A DNA stretch of 64,000 nt, from the NCBI GenBank assembly GCA_934526065.1, contig CAKSZX010000001.1, positions 269,594 to 333,593 of the forward strand. The letters are read 5' to 3'. Shown in pieces: positions 1 through 9,557 of this stretch (positions are counted from its first letter, which is position 1; each line of letters starts with the position of its first letter). The stretch comes from an uncultured Oscillospiraceae bacterium (GTDB taxonomy: Bacteria; Bacillota; Clostridia; Oscillospirales; Ruminococcaceae). Position numbers and translations under genes: made by a program. Under the pieces are notes generated by a model, which saw only the letters and a program-made list of their open reading frames with translations, was not told where the DNA came from and made no database searches.

Positions 1-54
1 GATAACAAAATTATTCGTGTAAAAGTCATAGAGGGTATGTTCAGTGAGAATTAA
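1..54 (+). CDS. 3' end of an upstream CDS, possibly RimM (C-terminus only; start lies outside the window)
   Basis: The open frame from the window start reads ...DNKIIRVKVIEGMFSEN* and stops at 54, overlapping the trmD start. Its position immediately upstream of trmD matches the conserved rimM-trmD arrangement. Confidence 0.3.
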   Translation, partial: DNKIIRVKVIEGMFSEN

Positions 55-754
55 CATTGCAACTCTTTTTCCGGAAATGTGTGACGCCGTTATCAATACA
101 AGTATAATCGGCAGAGCAAAAAATGCAGGAAAAGTTGATATAAGGACATTTAATATAAGGGATTACACCCTGGATAAACACAGAAATGTTGACGATACTC
201 CATATGGGGGCGGTCACGGTATGGTAATGCAAACGCAGCCTGTTTATGACTGCTGTAAAGCTATCGACGCCGACAGCGACGAACCTGCCTTTATAGTGTT
301 TACAACTGCCGCCGGTAAGGTTTTTGACCAGCAGACGGCAATAGAACTTTCAAAAAAGAAAAATCTCACTATCGTGTGCGGCCACTATGAGGGCATTGAC
401 GAAAGGGTTATAGAAGAACTTGCGGACATGGAAATTTCCATAGGGGACTATGTTCTCACCGGCGGCGAATTGCCGGCACTTGTTATAACCGACGCCGTGT
501 GCCGTATGTTGCCGGGGGTTTTAAAAAGCGAAGAGGGCTTTACCGACGAAAGCCATTTTAACGGCCTTTTGGAACACGCCCAGTACACTCGCCCTTACGA
601 ATGGCACGGTATGTGCGTGCCGGATGTGCTTTTATCCGGCCACGAGAAAAATATCAGGGAATACCGCCGAAAGGACTCACTTGAAAGAACTTCGGCAAAA
701 CGCCCGGATTTATATAAAAAATTTGTTGAAAACAACAAAGAAGTTGAAAAGTAA
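44..754 (+). CDS. trmD: tRNA (guanine37-N1)-methyltransferase TrmD
   Basis: GTG start; N-terminus MRINIATLFPEM and the TPYGGGHGMVM motif are typical of TrmD; 236 aa. Confidence 0.9.
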   Translation: MRINIATLFPEMCDAVINTSIIGRAKNAGKVDIRTFNIRDYTLDKHRNVDDTPYGGGHGMVMQTQPVYDCCKAIDADSDEPAFIVFTTAAGKVFDQQTAIELSKKKNLTIVCGHYEGIDERVIEELADMEISIGDYVLTGGELPALVITDAVCRMLPGVLKSEEGFTDESHFNGLLEHAQYTRPYEWHGMCVPDVLLSGHEKNIREYRRKDSLERTSAKRPDLYKKFVENNKEVEK

Positions 755-929
755 TCGGCAAATTGAACAAAATTTTTCAAATATTGCCTGTAAAATGATG
801 TTAATTACAGATAAATTGTATTTAATTTGTTGACTAATTACTCATATTGTTATAGAATAAGCTAAACAAAATAAATATATGAGTGATGTCATTACGGCAT
901 CAATAATTTGTTTATGAGGAGAATATATA

Positions 930-1193
930 ATGTTTTATAAAGATGTTACAGTAGAAAATCAGGTAGGTTTGCATGCTCGTCCGGCAACTTTCTTTATTCA
1001 GAAAGCCAACGAATTTAAGTCATCAATTTGGGTAGAGAAAGAAGAGAGAAGAGTTAACGCAAAGAGCTTGTTGGGTGTTCTTTCACTTGGTATTGTAGGC
1101 GGTACAACAATTAAGATTATCGCTGACGGTCAGGATGAAGAAGCAGCTGTTGAAGCTCTTGTAAAGCTGGTTAACTCAGGCTTTGCCGACTGA
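930..1193 (+). CDS. ptsH: Phosphocarrier protein HPr
   Basis: 87 aa; GLHARPA active-site histidine region and an HPr-like fold signature (GGTTIKIIADGQDEEAAVEAL). Confidence 0.8.
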   Translation: MFYKDVTVENQVGLHARPATFFIQKANEFKSSIWVEKEERRVNAKSLLGVLSLGIVGGTTIKIIADGQDEEAAVEALVKLVNSGFAD

Positions 1194-1259
1194 TATAAAT
1201 ATATCGCAAACCGCCCGTTAAGTTTAAATTGGGCGGTATTTTTTTGTCCGGGGGAATAA

Positions 1260-3089
1260 ATGACAAAACAGGAACTTTACGAAAAAGCTCAAACCCTGCC
1301 GCTGTTGCCGGGGGTATATATAATCCGTGACAAGGATGATACGATTATATACATCGGCAAGGCCAAACGACTTAAAATAAGGGTAAGCCAATATTTTAAA
1401 GAGGGAAATGTTCACCTGCCGAAGGTGCGGAAAATGGTGGAACACGCATTTTCTTTTGATGTTATTGTTACAAACAGCGAGGTTGAAGCCCTCACTTTGG
1501 AGTGCAGCCAAATAAAACAGCACTCTCCTAAGTACAATATTTTGTTAAAAGACGATAAGGGTTTCAGCTTTATAAAAATATCAAAGGAAGATTATCCCAG
1601 AATTACCGCCGAACTGCAAGCAACCGATGACGAGGCCAAGTATTTGGGCCCCTATATGTCCAGCTTTGCGGTAAGGGAAATTGTGGAAACCGCACAGGAT
1701 ATTTTTAAATTGCCTACCTGCAACAGAAAGTTTCCCCAAGATTTCGGCAAAGAGCGACCCTGCCTTAACTTTCATATAAAAAAATGTATGGGTCTTTGCA
1801 CCGGCAGAATAAGCAAGGAAGATTACAACGAAATTATCGACAATGCCATTCGCTTTATAAAACAGGATACCGATAAAATAATCGACATATTGCAAAAAAA
1901 TATGGAGGAGGCCGCAGAAAATCTCAATTTTGAAAAAGCGGCTCTTCTCCGTGATCAAATAGCAGCAATAAGAAAATTAAATGCAGGGCAAAATGTTATA
2001 AACGAAAATTTACAAAGTCATGACTTTATAGCCGTTGCCGGGGCCGGCAAAAACTGCTGTGTAAGCGTTTTGCGCTTTCGCAAGGGCAAGTTGATGGACA
2101 AAAAAGAGCATGTGTTTTTCGGGGAGGAAAACGCCGGTGATGTAAGAGATGAATTTCTTGTTCAATTTTATTCTACCGAAACTCCCCCGAGAAATATAAT
2201 GCTTGACGAAATGCCCGATGACGGTGATATTGTCACTTATATTCAAGGCAAAAGCAAAAATAAGGTAAATGTCATGTCGGTGCAGCGTGGCGATAATATG
2301 AAGATAATAAAAATGGCTTACACCAACGCCGTTGAACGCCTTGCAAGAGACACAGGCAGGCTTGACAGGAATGTTCGTTTTTTGGACGAGCTTGCCAATA
2401 TATTGGGCCTTAAACAGGCGCCGAAAACCATTGAGAGTTACGATATTTCAAACTGGGGCGACGGCACAAGCGTTGCCGGCATGATTGTCTTTGAGGACGG
2501 CAAACCGAAAAAAAGCGGTTACAGAACTTTTAAGATGAAAACCGTGGCAGGCACCGACGACTATGCCTCTATGGCAGAAACCTTGTCACGCCGTGTTGCG
2601 GAGTTTGAAAAAGGGGCAGCCGGGCAGTTTGGCATAAAACCCGATGTAATATTCCTGGACGGCGGCAAAGGCCAATTATCGGCTGTTCTCCGTGTCTTAC
2701 AGGGTACGGCTTTTGAGGACGTGCCGGTGTTCGGTATGGTTAAGGACTCAAAACACCGCACAAGGGCGATGGTAAGCCCACAGGGGGAAATTGCAATCGC
2801 CATGCACAAAGGCATATTCAAATTCGTAACGGAAATACAGGATGAAGTCCACCGTTTTTCAATAGAATACCAGCGTAAAATCCGGAAGACAAAATCCTAT
2901 GCGGTAACTCTTACCAAAATACCCGGTATCGGCCCTAAAAAGGCTGAAAAACTTATGCGAGAGTTTAAAACCGTTGCAAATGTAAGAGAGGCGGAAATGA
3001 GCAAATTGGCGGATATTGACGGCATTAGCTATGCCGACGCCAGAAACATATATTTCTATTTTCACAATGAGGGAGAAGAACAAAATTGA
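1260..3089 (+). CDS. uvrC: Excinuclease ABC subunit C (UvrC)
   Basis: 609 aa; N-terminal GIY-YIG motif (GVYIIRD...IYIGKAKRLKIRVSQYF) and a C-terminal HhH region. Confidence 0.9.
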   Translation: MTKQELYEKAQTLPLLPGVYIIRDKDDTIIYIGKAKRLKIRVSQYFKEGNVHLPKVRKMVEHAFSFDVIVTNSEVEALTLECSQIKQHSPKYNILLKDDKGFSFIKISKEDYPRITAELQATDDEAKYLGPYMSSFAVREIVETAQDIFKLPTCNRKFPQDFGKERPCLNFHIKKCMGLCTGRISKEDYNEIIDNAIRFIKQDTDKIIDILQKNMEEAAENLNFEKAALLRDQIAAIRKLNAGQNVINENLQSHDFIAVAGAGKNCCVSVLRFRKGKLMDKKEHVFFGEENAGDVRDEFLVQFYSTETPPRNIMLDEMPDDGDIVTYIQGKSKNKVNVMSVQRGDNMKIIKMAYTNAVERLARDTGRLDRNVRFLDELANILGLKQAPKTIESYDISNWGDGTSVAGMIVFEDGKPKKSGYRTFKMKTVAGTDDYASMAETLSRRVAEFEKGAAGQFGIKPDVIFLDGGKGQLSAVLRVLQGTAFEDVPVFGMVKDSKHRTRAMVSPQGEIAIAMHKGIFKFVTEIQDEVHRFSIEYQRKIRKTKSYAVTLTKIPGIGPKKAEKLMREFKTVANVREAEMSKLADIDGISYADARNIYFYFHNEGEEQN

Positions 3090-3628
3090 AAGTTATAAGC
3101 GGTATTGCCCACGGCAAAAATATAGAAACCCTTGAAGGCTTGGAAACACGCCCTACAATAGCAAGGGTAAAAGAGGGAATATTTTCCTCTGTTCAATTTC
3201 AAATTCCCGGTGCAAAGGTTCTGGATTTGTTCGCCGGCAGCGGCCAAATGGGTATAGAATGTCTTTCCAGGGGGGCGAGTTCCTGTGTCTTTGTTGACAG
3301 CAGTAAAGAGGCTGTCAATGTGGTTACACGCAATGTAAAAAACTGCGGTCTCACGGCAGGCGCAAAAATTGTAAATACCCGTTCGCAGAGTTATATCAAT
3401 TCCACGGCTGAAAACTTCGACATTGTATTTCTTGATCCCCCATACAATATGGGAATTTTGGATGAAATTATGAAAAAAGTATATGAAATTGTCAATCCCG
3501 GTGGTATAATAATCGCTGAAAGCGAACTTGGTTGGAATTTAAAGGAAGAAATTAACGGTCTTATCGAAATAAAGAGGTTTAAGTACGGTAAGGTTGCTGT
3601 GACCAAGTTCCAAAAGGAGATTGATTGA
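3086..3628 (+). CDS. rsmD: 16S rRNA (guanine966-N2)-methyltransferase RsmD
   Basis: 180 aa; VLDLFAGSGQMGIE and FDIVFLDPPY SAM-MTase motifs; start overlaps the uvrC stop. Confidence 0.85.
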   Translation: MKVISGIAHGKNIETLEGLETRPTIARVKEGIFSSVQFQIPGAKVLDLFAGSGQMGIECLSRGASSCVFVDSSKEAVNVVTRNVKNCGLTAGAKIVNTRSQSYINSTAENFDIVFLDPPYNMGILDEIMKKVYEIVNPGGIIIAESELGWNLKEEINGLIEIKRFKYGKVAVTKFQKEID

Positions 3629-4113
3629 TGAATATCGCTATCTGTCCGGGCAGCTTTGACCCGGTTACACTGGGACACATAGATATTTTAGAGAGGTCCT
3701 CAAAACTGTTTGACAAGGTAATTGCCGTAGTAATGGTAAACCCCACTAAAAACCCCACTTTCTCCACCGAGGAGAGAGTAGCTCTTTTAAAAAAGGTCAC
3801 AAAGCATATTCCCAATGTGGAAATTGAAAGTTATTACGGCCTCGTTGCCGATTACGCAAGAGAAAAGGGTGCAAAAACCCTTATAAAGGGTTTGCGTGCG
3901 GTGTCCGACTTTGAATATGAGTTCCAGCAGGCATTGGCAAATAAAAAACTTAACTCCCAGCTTGAAACCATGTTTATGGTGACAAATCAGGATTATATGT
4001 ATCTTTCTTCAACAGTAGTAAGGCAAATTGCCAGTTTCGGCGGAGATATATCTCAGTTTGTTCCGGAGCGGATAAAAGACGAAATTGAGGATAGAATATT
4101 ACCAAAAAAATGA
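3625..4113 (+). CDS. coaD: Phosphopantetheine adenylyltransferase (CoaD)
   Basis: 162 aa; MNIAICPGSFDPVTLGHIDI (T/HxGH motif); conserved rsmD-coaD synteny. Confidence 0.9.
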   Translation: MMNIAICPGSFDPVTLGHIDILERSSKLFDKVIAVVMVNPTKNPTFSTEERVALLKKVTKHIPNVEIESYYGLVADYAREKGAKTLIKGLRAVSDFEYEFQQALANKKLNSQLETMFMVTNQDYMYLSSTVVRQIASFGGDISQFVPERIKDEIEDRILPKK

Positions 4114-4127
4114 AAGGAAAATAAGAT

Positions 4128-4577
4128 ATGGCAGTTACAATAGAAAGCATGCTTGAAAGCCTTGAAGAAGTTTTGGAAGAAGGCGTAAGCGTGCCTCTCA
4201 GCGGCGGCAAGAGAATGGTTGATGTGGACGCCGCAAGGGATATAATAGACGATATAAGATTGAGTATGCCAAGCGAAATCGCCCAGGCAAAGGCCATTGT
4301 GCGGGACAGAGCACGGATTATAGCCAAGGCCAAAAGAGAGGCCGATGAGATGATTAAAACCGCCGAACAGCGTGCCAGAAGCCTTGTGGCAAGGGAGGAA
4401 ATTGTTCGCCGGGCAGAGAACAGGGCAAAAATCATAAACAGTGAGGCAACGCAAAAAGCCGTGCGGATGAGAACCACTGTTACAAAATATTGTGACGGCA
4501 TGCTTGCTCAAACACAGGACTTGATGCAGAAAAATTTCAACGAGATGAAAATTTTAAGAGATAATCTTAAAAAATAA
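4128..4577 (+). CDS. Hypothetical coiled-coil protein (no TM segment)
   Basis: 149-aa ORF with good coding appearance. Highly charged helical sequence with no family I can recognise. Confidence 0.4.
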   Translation: MAVTIESMLESLEEVLEEGVSVPLSGGKRMVDVDAARDIIDDIRLSMPSEIAQAKAIVRDRARIIAKAKREADEMIKTAEQRARSLVAREEIVRRAENRAKIINSEATQKAVRMRTTVTKYCDGMLAQTQDLMQKNFNEMKILRDNLKK

Positions 4578-4624
4578 TCACACACTTTTTAAAATTTGCG
4601 TAGAATATACCACAGGAGGCGATT

Positions 4625-4696
4625 GTGTTGAAGGTGGTATTGGTTAAAAGTCCGAAATTTTTGCGTGGTATTTTAAAATTGGTATTTAAAATCTAA
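4625..4696 (+). CDS. Candidate 23-aa small ORF (MLKVVLVKSPKFLRGILKLVFKI)
   Basis: Perfect AGGAGG at 4614-4619, 5 nt before a GTG start; the stop is followed closely by a rho-independent terminator at 4705-4730. Confidence 0.2.
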   Translation: MLKVVLVKSPKFLRGILKLVFKI

Positions 4697-4704
4697 AATG
4701 TCAA

Positions 4705-4730
4705 AACAGCGCCTTGTGGCGCTGTTTTTA
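4705..4730 (+). terminator. Rho-independent terminator (AACAGCGCC-ttgt-GGCGCTGTT + T-run)
   Basis: Perfect 9-bp stem, 4-nt loop, followed by TTTTTAA. Confidence 0.5.
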
Positions 4731-4807
4731 ATTTGCCGCAAAACATAAACTTTTCTTCTTATGAATATTATTTACAAGGTGAAAGCCGATAGGAAGGAGA
4801 GAATTAT

Positions 4808-6319
4808 ATGCAAAATCAATCTGTTGCCGACAGCATAAGCAGAACAGGCAAGCTGTTTGAGTATGGGGTGGAACTGCCTGTGGAACAGGAAATTCTGCTT
4901 GCGGATTATGACAGCCCGGTGTTTAAAATAATTAAGTCGAATATAGAATGTACCGTAACCCAAAAATATATTACAGGGGGAAAACTTAATGTGGAGGGCT
5001 TTTTTAGAATAAGCGTATTTTACCGGCCGCCACAGTCAAAAAACATAACCGTTGTAAATAAAAGGGTTCCTTTTCAAAAGAGCTTTGATATAGCGGAGGA
5101 AGTAAAAGCCCCTTATTTTATAACGGTGTTCGGAGACATTCGGTATGTGAACACCAGAGCCATAAACCCCACAAGAATTGATATAAGGGGCGCTTACGGC
5201 CTTACAGCAAGGGTTTACGGCGGTGTAAGCCGGGGAATAGTAACCGCCGTAAACAGCAAAAATGTCTGCCGGGACAGCCGTGAAATAAGTCGGTTTGTTA
5301 TGTCTGCCCGGGGTACAAGGCAATTTTCGGCAGAGAGCGAAATAAATTCTCCGGGAGATTTTGAAAAGGTTTTAAATATTTCCTCAAATGCCGGCGGAAT
5401 GACCGTAACCGTTTACAACGACAAAGTAAATATAAAAGGTGAAATAACCGCTGATATAGCCTATACCGTAAAAGACAGCCGGGAGATACAAATCCAAAGC
5501 AAGAGCTTTGTGTATAATCAAATTGTGGATGTGCCCGGCGCAAAGGAAAAGGATATTGCCTTTGCGGATTTAGATATTGTAAATGTTGCCATAACCCAAA
5601 ATTCCGAGACCGAAAAAGTAAGCTGTATAATAACCGCAGCCTTGGATGTTAAATGTTTTGTAAAAAGCCGGGTTATTGCGGTGACAGACGCTTTTTCAAA
5701 AAAATATCGGGATATAAAACGGACAAAGGATATTCTGCGGGACGGCAACATAACTGCGGTAAATCGCACGATACAAGTTTTTGTAAGTGACACCGTGCCG
5801 TACCCCTGCAAGGTTTTATATTCTTTTGGCTCTGTGGGAAATCCACAGGTTATACAAGAGGGCGACAAGTGCCTGTTAAAATCAAAAGTGACGGTGAATG
5901 TATTCCGGACGAACGGTGAAAACGATATGGAATGTTACACAAAAACAGAGGACTGTACCTTGGACATAGGGGAAAAAATAAATCGGAATAACGAATATAT
6001 TTTAACCTGCCGAGTATCATCTGTTTCCGCAACGGGGACAAGTGACAGCATAAAGGCCGGTGTAAATATTTCGATAAATGGATTTGTGATAAAAAGAGAA
6101 AAATATACGGTTATGGAAAAATATTCCGAAAATACGGAAAAGCCCTTGGAGGAAACCGAAAACGCCCTTATCCTTTACTACGGAAAAAAGGGTGAAAAGG
6201 TATTTGATATTGCCCGGAGATACAGAGCAGACATAAATTTCATAGTTGAGGAAAACCGGCTTGCGGAAAAAGTTCTCACCGAGGACAAAATGCTTTTTAT
6301 ACCGGCTTTCGGAATGTGA
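4808..6319 (+). CDS. SpoVID-like sporulation protein (repeated DUF3794-like N-terminal region plus C-terminal LysM-like domain)
   Basis: 503 aa. The C-terminal ~45 aa (LILYYGKKGEKVFDIARRYRADINFIVEENRL) look like LysM. Stop overlaps the spoIVA start (GTG 6316). Confidence 0.5.
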   Translation: MQNQSVADSISRTGKLFEYGVELPVEQEILLADYDSPVFKIIKSNIECTVTQKYITGGKLNVEGFFRISVFYRPPQSKNITVVNKRVPFQKSFDIAEEVKAPYFITVFGDIRYVNTRAINPTRIDIRGAYGLTARVYGGVSRGIVTAVNSKNVCRDSREISRFVMSARGTRQFSAESEINSPGDFEKVLNISSNAGGMTVTVYNDKVNIKGEITADIAYTVKDSREIQIQSKSFVYNQIVDVPGAKEKDIAFADLDIVNVAITQNSETEKVSCIITAALDVKCFVKSRVIAVTDAFSKKYRDIKRTKDILRDGNITAVNRTIQVFVSDTVPYPCKVLYSFGSVGNPQVIQEGDKCLLKSKVTVNVFRTNGENDMECYTKTEDCTLDIGEKINRNNEYILTCRVSSVSATGTSDSIKAGVNISINGFVIKREKYTVMEKYSENTEKPLEETENALILYYGKKGEKVFDIARRYRADINFIVEENRLAEKVLTEDKMLFIPAFGM

Positions 6320-6327
6320 GGTACGCC

Positions 6328-7800
6328 ATGACAAATTTATACGAAAATATAGAAAAACGCACCGGCGGCGATATTTACATAGGAGTTGTAGGCCCTGTAA
6401 GAACCGGTAAAAGCACTTTTATAAAAAAATTTATGGAAGCTCTTGTAATACCTAATATTGCCGATGCCGACAAGCGCACAAGAACAATAGACGAACTGCC
6501 CCAGTCCGCCGCAGGCCGTACGGTTATGACAACCCAACCGAATTTTATTCCTCGGCAGGGGGTTGACATAGTAATCGGGGATAATCAAAATCTAAAAGTC
6601 CGCCTTGTAGACTGCGTTGGATATATGATAAACGGCGCACAGGGGGACACCGAGGAGGGCAAACCCAGAATGGTTAAAACTCCTTGGTTCAAACAGGAAA
6701 TTCCCTTTGAAAAAGCTGCTCGGATAGGCACCGCAAAGGTAATTCGGGAACATTCCACAATAGGGGTGGTTGTTACCACCGACGGCAGCATAAGCGACAT
6801 ACCCAGGGAAAATTACCTGTCTGCGGAAGAAAAGGTCATAACCCGGTTAAAGGCAATGAATAAGCCATTTGTGACCATTGTAAACAGCACCAATCCGGAG
6901 GGCCCCTCTGCCGCAGCCGCCGCAAGGCAGATTTTTACAAAATACAATGTGCCTGTTAAATGCGTAAACTGCCTTGATATGGATAAGAATGTTATTGAGG
7001 AAATTTTAACTATCGCCTTGACCCAGTTCCCGGTAAAAGAAATCAGCTTTACAGTGCCTAAATGGCTTGCCATGCAAAGCCGGGACTTTGCCCCAAAGGC
7101 GGAAATTATGGAAAGGATAAAAGAAAACTTTTCCGATATTACCAAAATAAGCGAAATAGTGCCGGCGGCGGAAAAATTGCCTGACGGAAAATTTTTAAAA
7201 ACGGCAAAGTGTAACGGAATCGACTATGGCACAGGCTGTGCCGAGGTAAAGGTTGATATAGACAAAGATTTGTATTATGACACTTTGCGTGATATGACAG
7301 GCCGTGATGTAAAGGACGACTGGGCGCTTATGCAGCTTATAGACGAACTTGTTTTTGCCAAGAGAGAGTACGATAAAATCGCCCCGGCACTGCAACAGGT
7401 GGAAACAGAGGGCTACGGAATAGTTATGCCCGGCCGGGATAAATTACAGCTTATGGAGCCGGAAATCGTGAAACAGGGCTCTAAGTACGGCATAAAATTG
7501 ACCGCTGCCGCCCCGAGTTTACATATTTTAAGGGCGAATATTACCACCACCGTTTCACCGATTATCGCCGACGAAACAAACGGCGAGGATATGGTAAATT
7601 CAATGATGAAAAATTTTGAAAATAACCCTTTGGAAATATGGCAGAGCAACCTTTTCGGCAATTCCTTGCAGGAGCTTGTAAACCGGGGAATGAACGCCAA
7701 ACTGCAAAATATCCCACAGCAGGCAAGAGAAAAACTTGCGGAAACCGTGGAAAAGGTGGTAAACGAGGGTTGTCAGGGGCTTATTTGCATAATACTATAG
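6328..7800 (+). CDS. spoIVA: Stage IV sporulation protein A (SpoIVA ATPase)
   Basis: ERTGGDIYIGVVGPVRTGKSTFIKKFME is near-identical in pattern to the Bacillus SpoIVA Walker A N-terminus. About 490 aa; ATG at 6328 with a GAGGT RBS. Confidence 0.9.
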   Translation: MTNLYENIEKRTGGDIYIGVVGPVRTGKSTFIKKFMEALVIPNIADADKRTRTIDELPQSAAGRTVMTTQPNFIPRQGVDIVIGDNQNLKVRLVDCVGYMINGAQGDTEEGKPRMVKTPWFKQEIPFEKAARIGTAKVIREHSTIGVVVTTDGSISDIPRENYLSAEEKVITRLKAMNKPFVTIVNSTNPEGPSAAAAARQIFTKYNVPVKCVNCLDMDKNVIEEILTIALTQFPVKEISFTVPKWLAMQSRDFAPKAEIMERIKENFSDITKISEIVPAAEKLPDGKFLKTAKCNGIDYGTGCAEVKVDIDKDLYYDTLRDMTGRDVKDDWALMQLIDELVFAKREYDKIAPALQQVETEGYGIVMPGRDKLQLMEPEIVKQGSKYGIKLTAAAPSLHILRANITTTVSPIIADETNGEDMVNSMMKNFENNPLEIWQSNLFGNSLQELVNRGMNAKLQNIPQQAREKLAETVEKVVNEGCQGLICIIL

Positions 7801-7859
7801 ATTTAAGCTAAAATTGCTTTTAAAAGTAAAGTGACGGTTCGTGCAGAACCGCCACTTTT

Positions 7860-8093
7860 TTATCTGAAATCAAACAATTTTTCAACAGGCACATCCAGTG
7901 CCTTGGCAATATCAAAAACCACGTCCAAAGAAACCGCACAATCACAGTTTTCTATTCTCGACATATGCGTTCTGCTGATATTAACCATTTCAGCCAACTG
8001 CATTTGCGACAACTTGTTCAGTTTTCTGTAATAGGCAATATTAAGTCCTAGTTTTGTGTATTCTTCATTGTGTGTAAGTTTCATAAATACCAA
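7860..8093 (-). CDS. XRE-family helix-turn-helix transcriptional regulator
   Basis: 77 aa; HTH_3 pattern (LSQMQLAEMVNISRTHMSRIENC). Divergent from a three-gene hypothetical block. Confidence 0.75.
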   Translation of the reverse strand: MVFMKLTHNEEYTKLGLNIAYYRKLNKLSQMQLAEMVNISRTHMSRIENCDCAVSLDVVFDIAKALDVPVEKLFDFR

Positions 8094-8156
8094 CTCCTTT
8101 ACAAAATCTTACACAAAATAAAATGTAATATCGACAACTTAAAATATATCATATGT

Positions 8157-8191
8157 AACATATTATGTTGCAAAAAGTCACATAATATGTT
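8157..8191. promoter_or_regulatory. Two near-identical 12-13-bp palindromic operators (AACATA-T-TATGTT and ACATA-A-TATGTT) spaced about 22 bp centre-to-centre; the second overlaps a TATAAT -10 box
   Basis: Read directly from the divergent XRE/8233 intergenic region. Classic arrangement for an autoregulated XRE repressor. Confidence 0.35.
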
Positions 8192-8232
8192 ATAATATGC
8201 GTACAAAGTCGAATTACGAAAGGAAGATAAAA

Positions 8233-9045
8233 ATGAAAAACAGCGATTTGCCGAAATTGCCTAAGCAATTTCAAATTCATGATGAAAAAGAAATGTTCTC
8301 ATTATTTTACGTTCTGTCTAAATATTTAAAAGAACATGAAAATATGACGGCACTGCGAAAAAAAGACAATCAACTGCTTATAAACGGTCTTGAAGATGTC
8401 AATAAACCGGCAACATATGTAATTTCAAGCGTGTTGGGCGGAACAATTGTTTTTGGAATACCGTTTTTAATAATATTTTATATTGTTACAAATGTTGTAC
8501 ATCTTGGCGATGGAAGAAGTTTGTATTATGTTTATGACACTTTTATAGCGAATATACCGGTTGTAAATCGGTTTTTAACTTGGTTAAGTGATTTTCATGG
8601 TGAAAGCATAATTTTATTATTGTTACTCCAGCTTTTTGTGCTTGCGCTATGGTATATCTTAGTTCCATGTATTACGGTTCTTATGCCGGCTATGGCTGTT
8701 ATTGCATTGTTTCAGCTTAAAAAAATTAAAAAGTCAATTCCTAAATTAAGGGATGAGGTTCGGGAGCTGGACAAGTATATCTCCGAACTTGAAAAAGAGA
8801 TGGATTTCGCAATAACATTTGTACCGCCGGACTATCGAACAAGCGAGGCTCTTGAATTTTTCTGCAATGATTTTGCAAACGGAAAGGTTACTAATCTAAA
8901 AGAGGCAATGAAAGAATACGATTTGTATTGTCACAGGAAATCCGTTGAGGAGACGCAAAAAAAAGCAGCCTCGGAACAAACTCGGCTTTTACAGGAACAG
9001 AACGAATTACTTAAAAATCTTAAAATTAGGGTTAAGAGATGGTAA
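8233..9045 (+). CDS. Hypothetical membrane protein (central TM helices, C-terminal coiled coil)
   Basis: ORF with an AAGGAAG RBS; hydrophobic segments (VISSVLGGTIVFGIPFLIIFYIV, IILLLLLQLFVLALWYILVPCITVLMPAMAVIAL); no recognisable domain. Confidence 0.45.
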   Translation: MKNSDLPKLPKQFQIHDEKEMFSLFYVLSKYLKEHENMTALRKKDNQLLINGLEDVNKPATYVISSVLGGTIVFGIPFLIIFYIVTNVVHLGDGRSLYYVYDTFIANIPVVNRFLTWLSDFHGESIILLLLLQLFVLALWYILVPCITVLMPAMAVIALFQLKKIKKSIPKLRDEVRELDKYISELEKEMDFAITFVPPDYRTSEALEFFCNDFANGKVTNLKEAMKEYDLYCHRKSVEETQKKAASEQTRLLQEQNELLKNLKIRVKRW

Positions 9046-9074
9046 TTCGTTTAAAATAATAAAGGAGATAAAAA

Positions 9075-9557
9075 GTGAAAAAAACAAAATCTATTTTTTC
9101 AAAAATATTGACAGTATTGGTAATTTGCGTTGTCATGTTTTCTTTTACCGGTTGCGGAAGTACAAAGGTAAATATGAATGATTACATAACTGTTTCTTTT
9201 GAGGGTTATAACGGTTACGCAAAACCGAGACTTACCGTAGATACCGATAGTTTAAATCGGGTTATCAAAGATAAAGCGGATTTTAATAAAAAGCTGATAT
9301 CTCTTGATAAAGATAATAACTTTTGGGAGTTAATGATTTCCGGGGCTGATTTGTCGGATTTGATAACGGTAAAATTTGCCGAAGATTATCAGAATCTTTC
9401 AAACGGCGATGTTGTGAGAGTTGAAATAGGTATGGATGATTTTATCGAGTCCGTTGCAGATTTTGACAAGTTACAAAAAACAATTAAAGTTGATTTTAAA
9501 CCGCTGGTTTTGGATTATGTTTCACCGGTTTGGAAGAGGCCAAGACAATGGATATAA
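9075..9557 (+). CDS. Hypothetical lipoprotein (lipobox FTGC)
   Basis: Signal peptide MKKTKSIFSKILTVLVICVVMFSFTGC. May be the N-terminal part of a frameshifted gene continuing in 9530-10258. Confidence 0.45.
   Translation: MKKTKSIFSKILTVLVICVVMFSFTGCGSTKVNMNDYITVSFEGYNGYAKPRLTVDTDSLNRVIKDKADFNKKLISLDKDNNFWELMISGADLSDLITVKFAEDYQNLSNGDVVRVEIGMDDFIESVADFDKLQKTIKVDFKPLVLDYVSPVWKRPRQWI

Noticed and set aside
7860-9045. XRE regulator plus adjacent membrane protein considered as a toxin-antitoxin or abortive-infection pair
   Set aside because: The membrane protein has no recognisable toxin, nuclease or pore-forming (holin-like) signature and is 282 aa with long soluble regions. The evidence supports only a repressor-controlled accessory operon, not a TA system.
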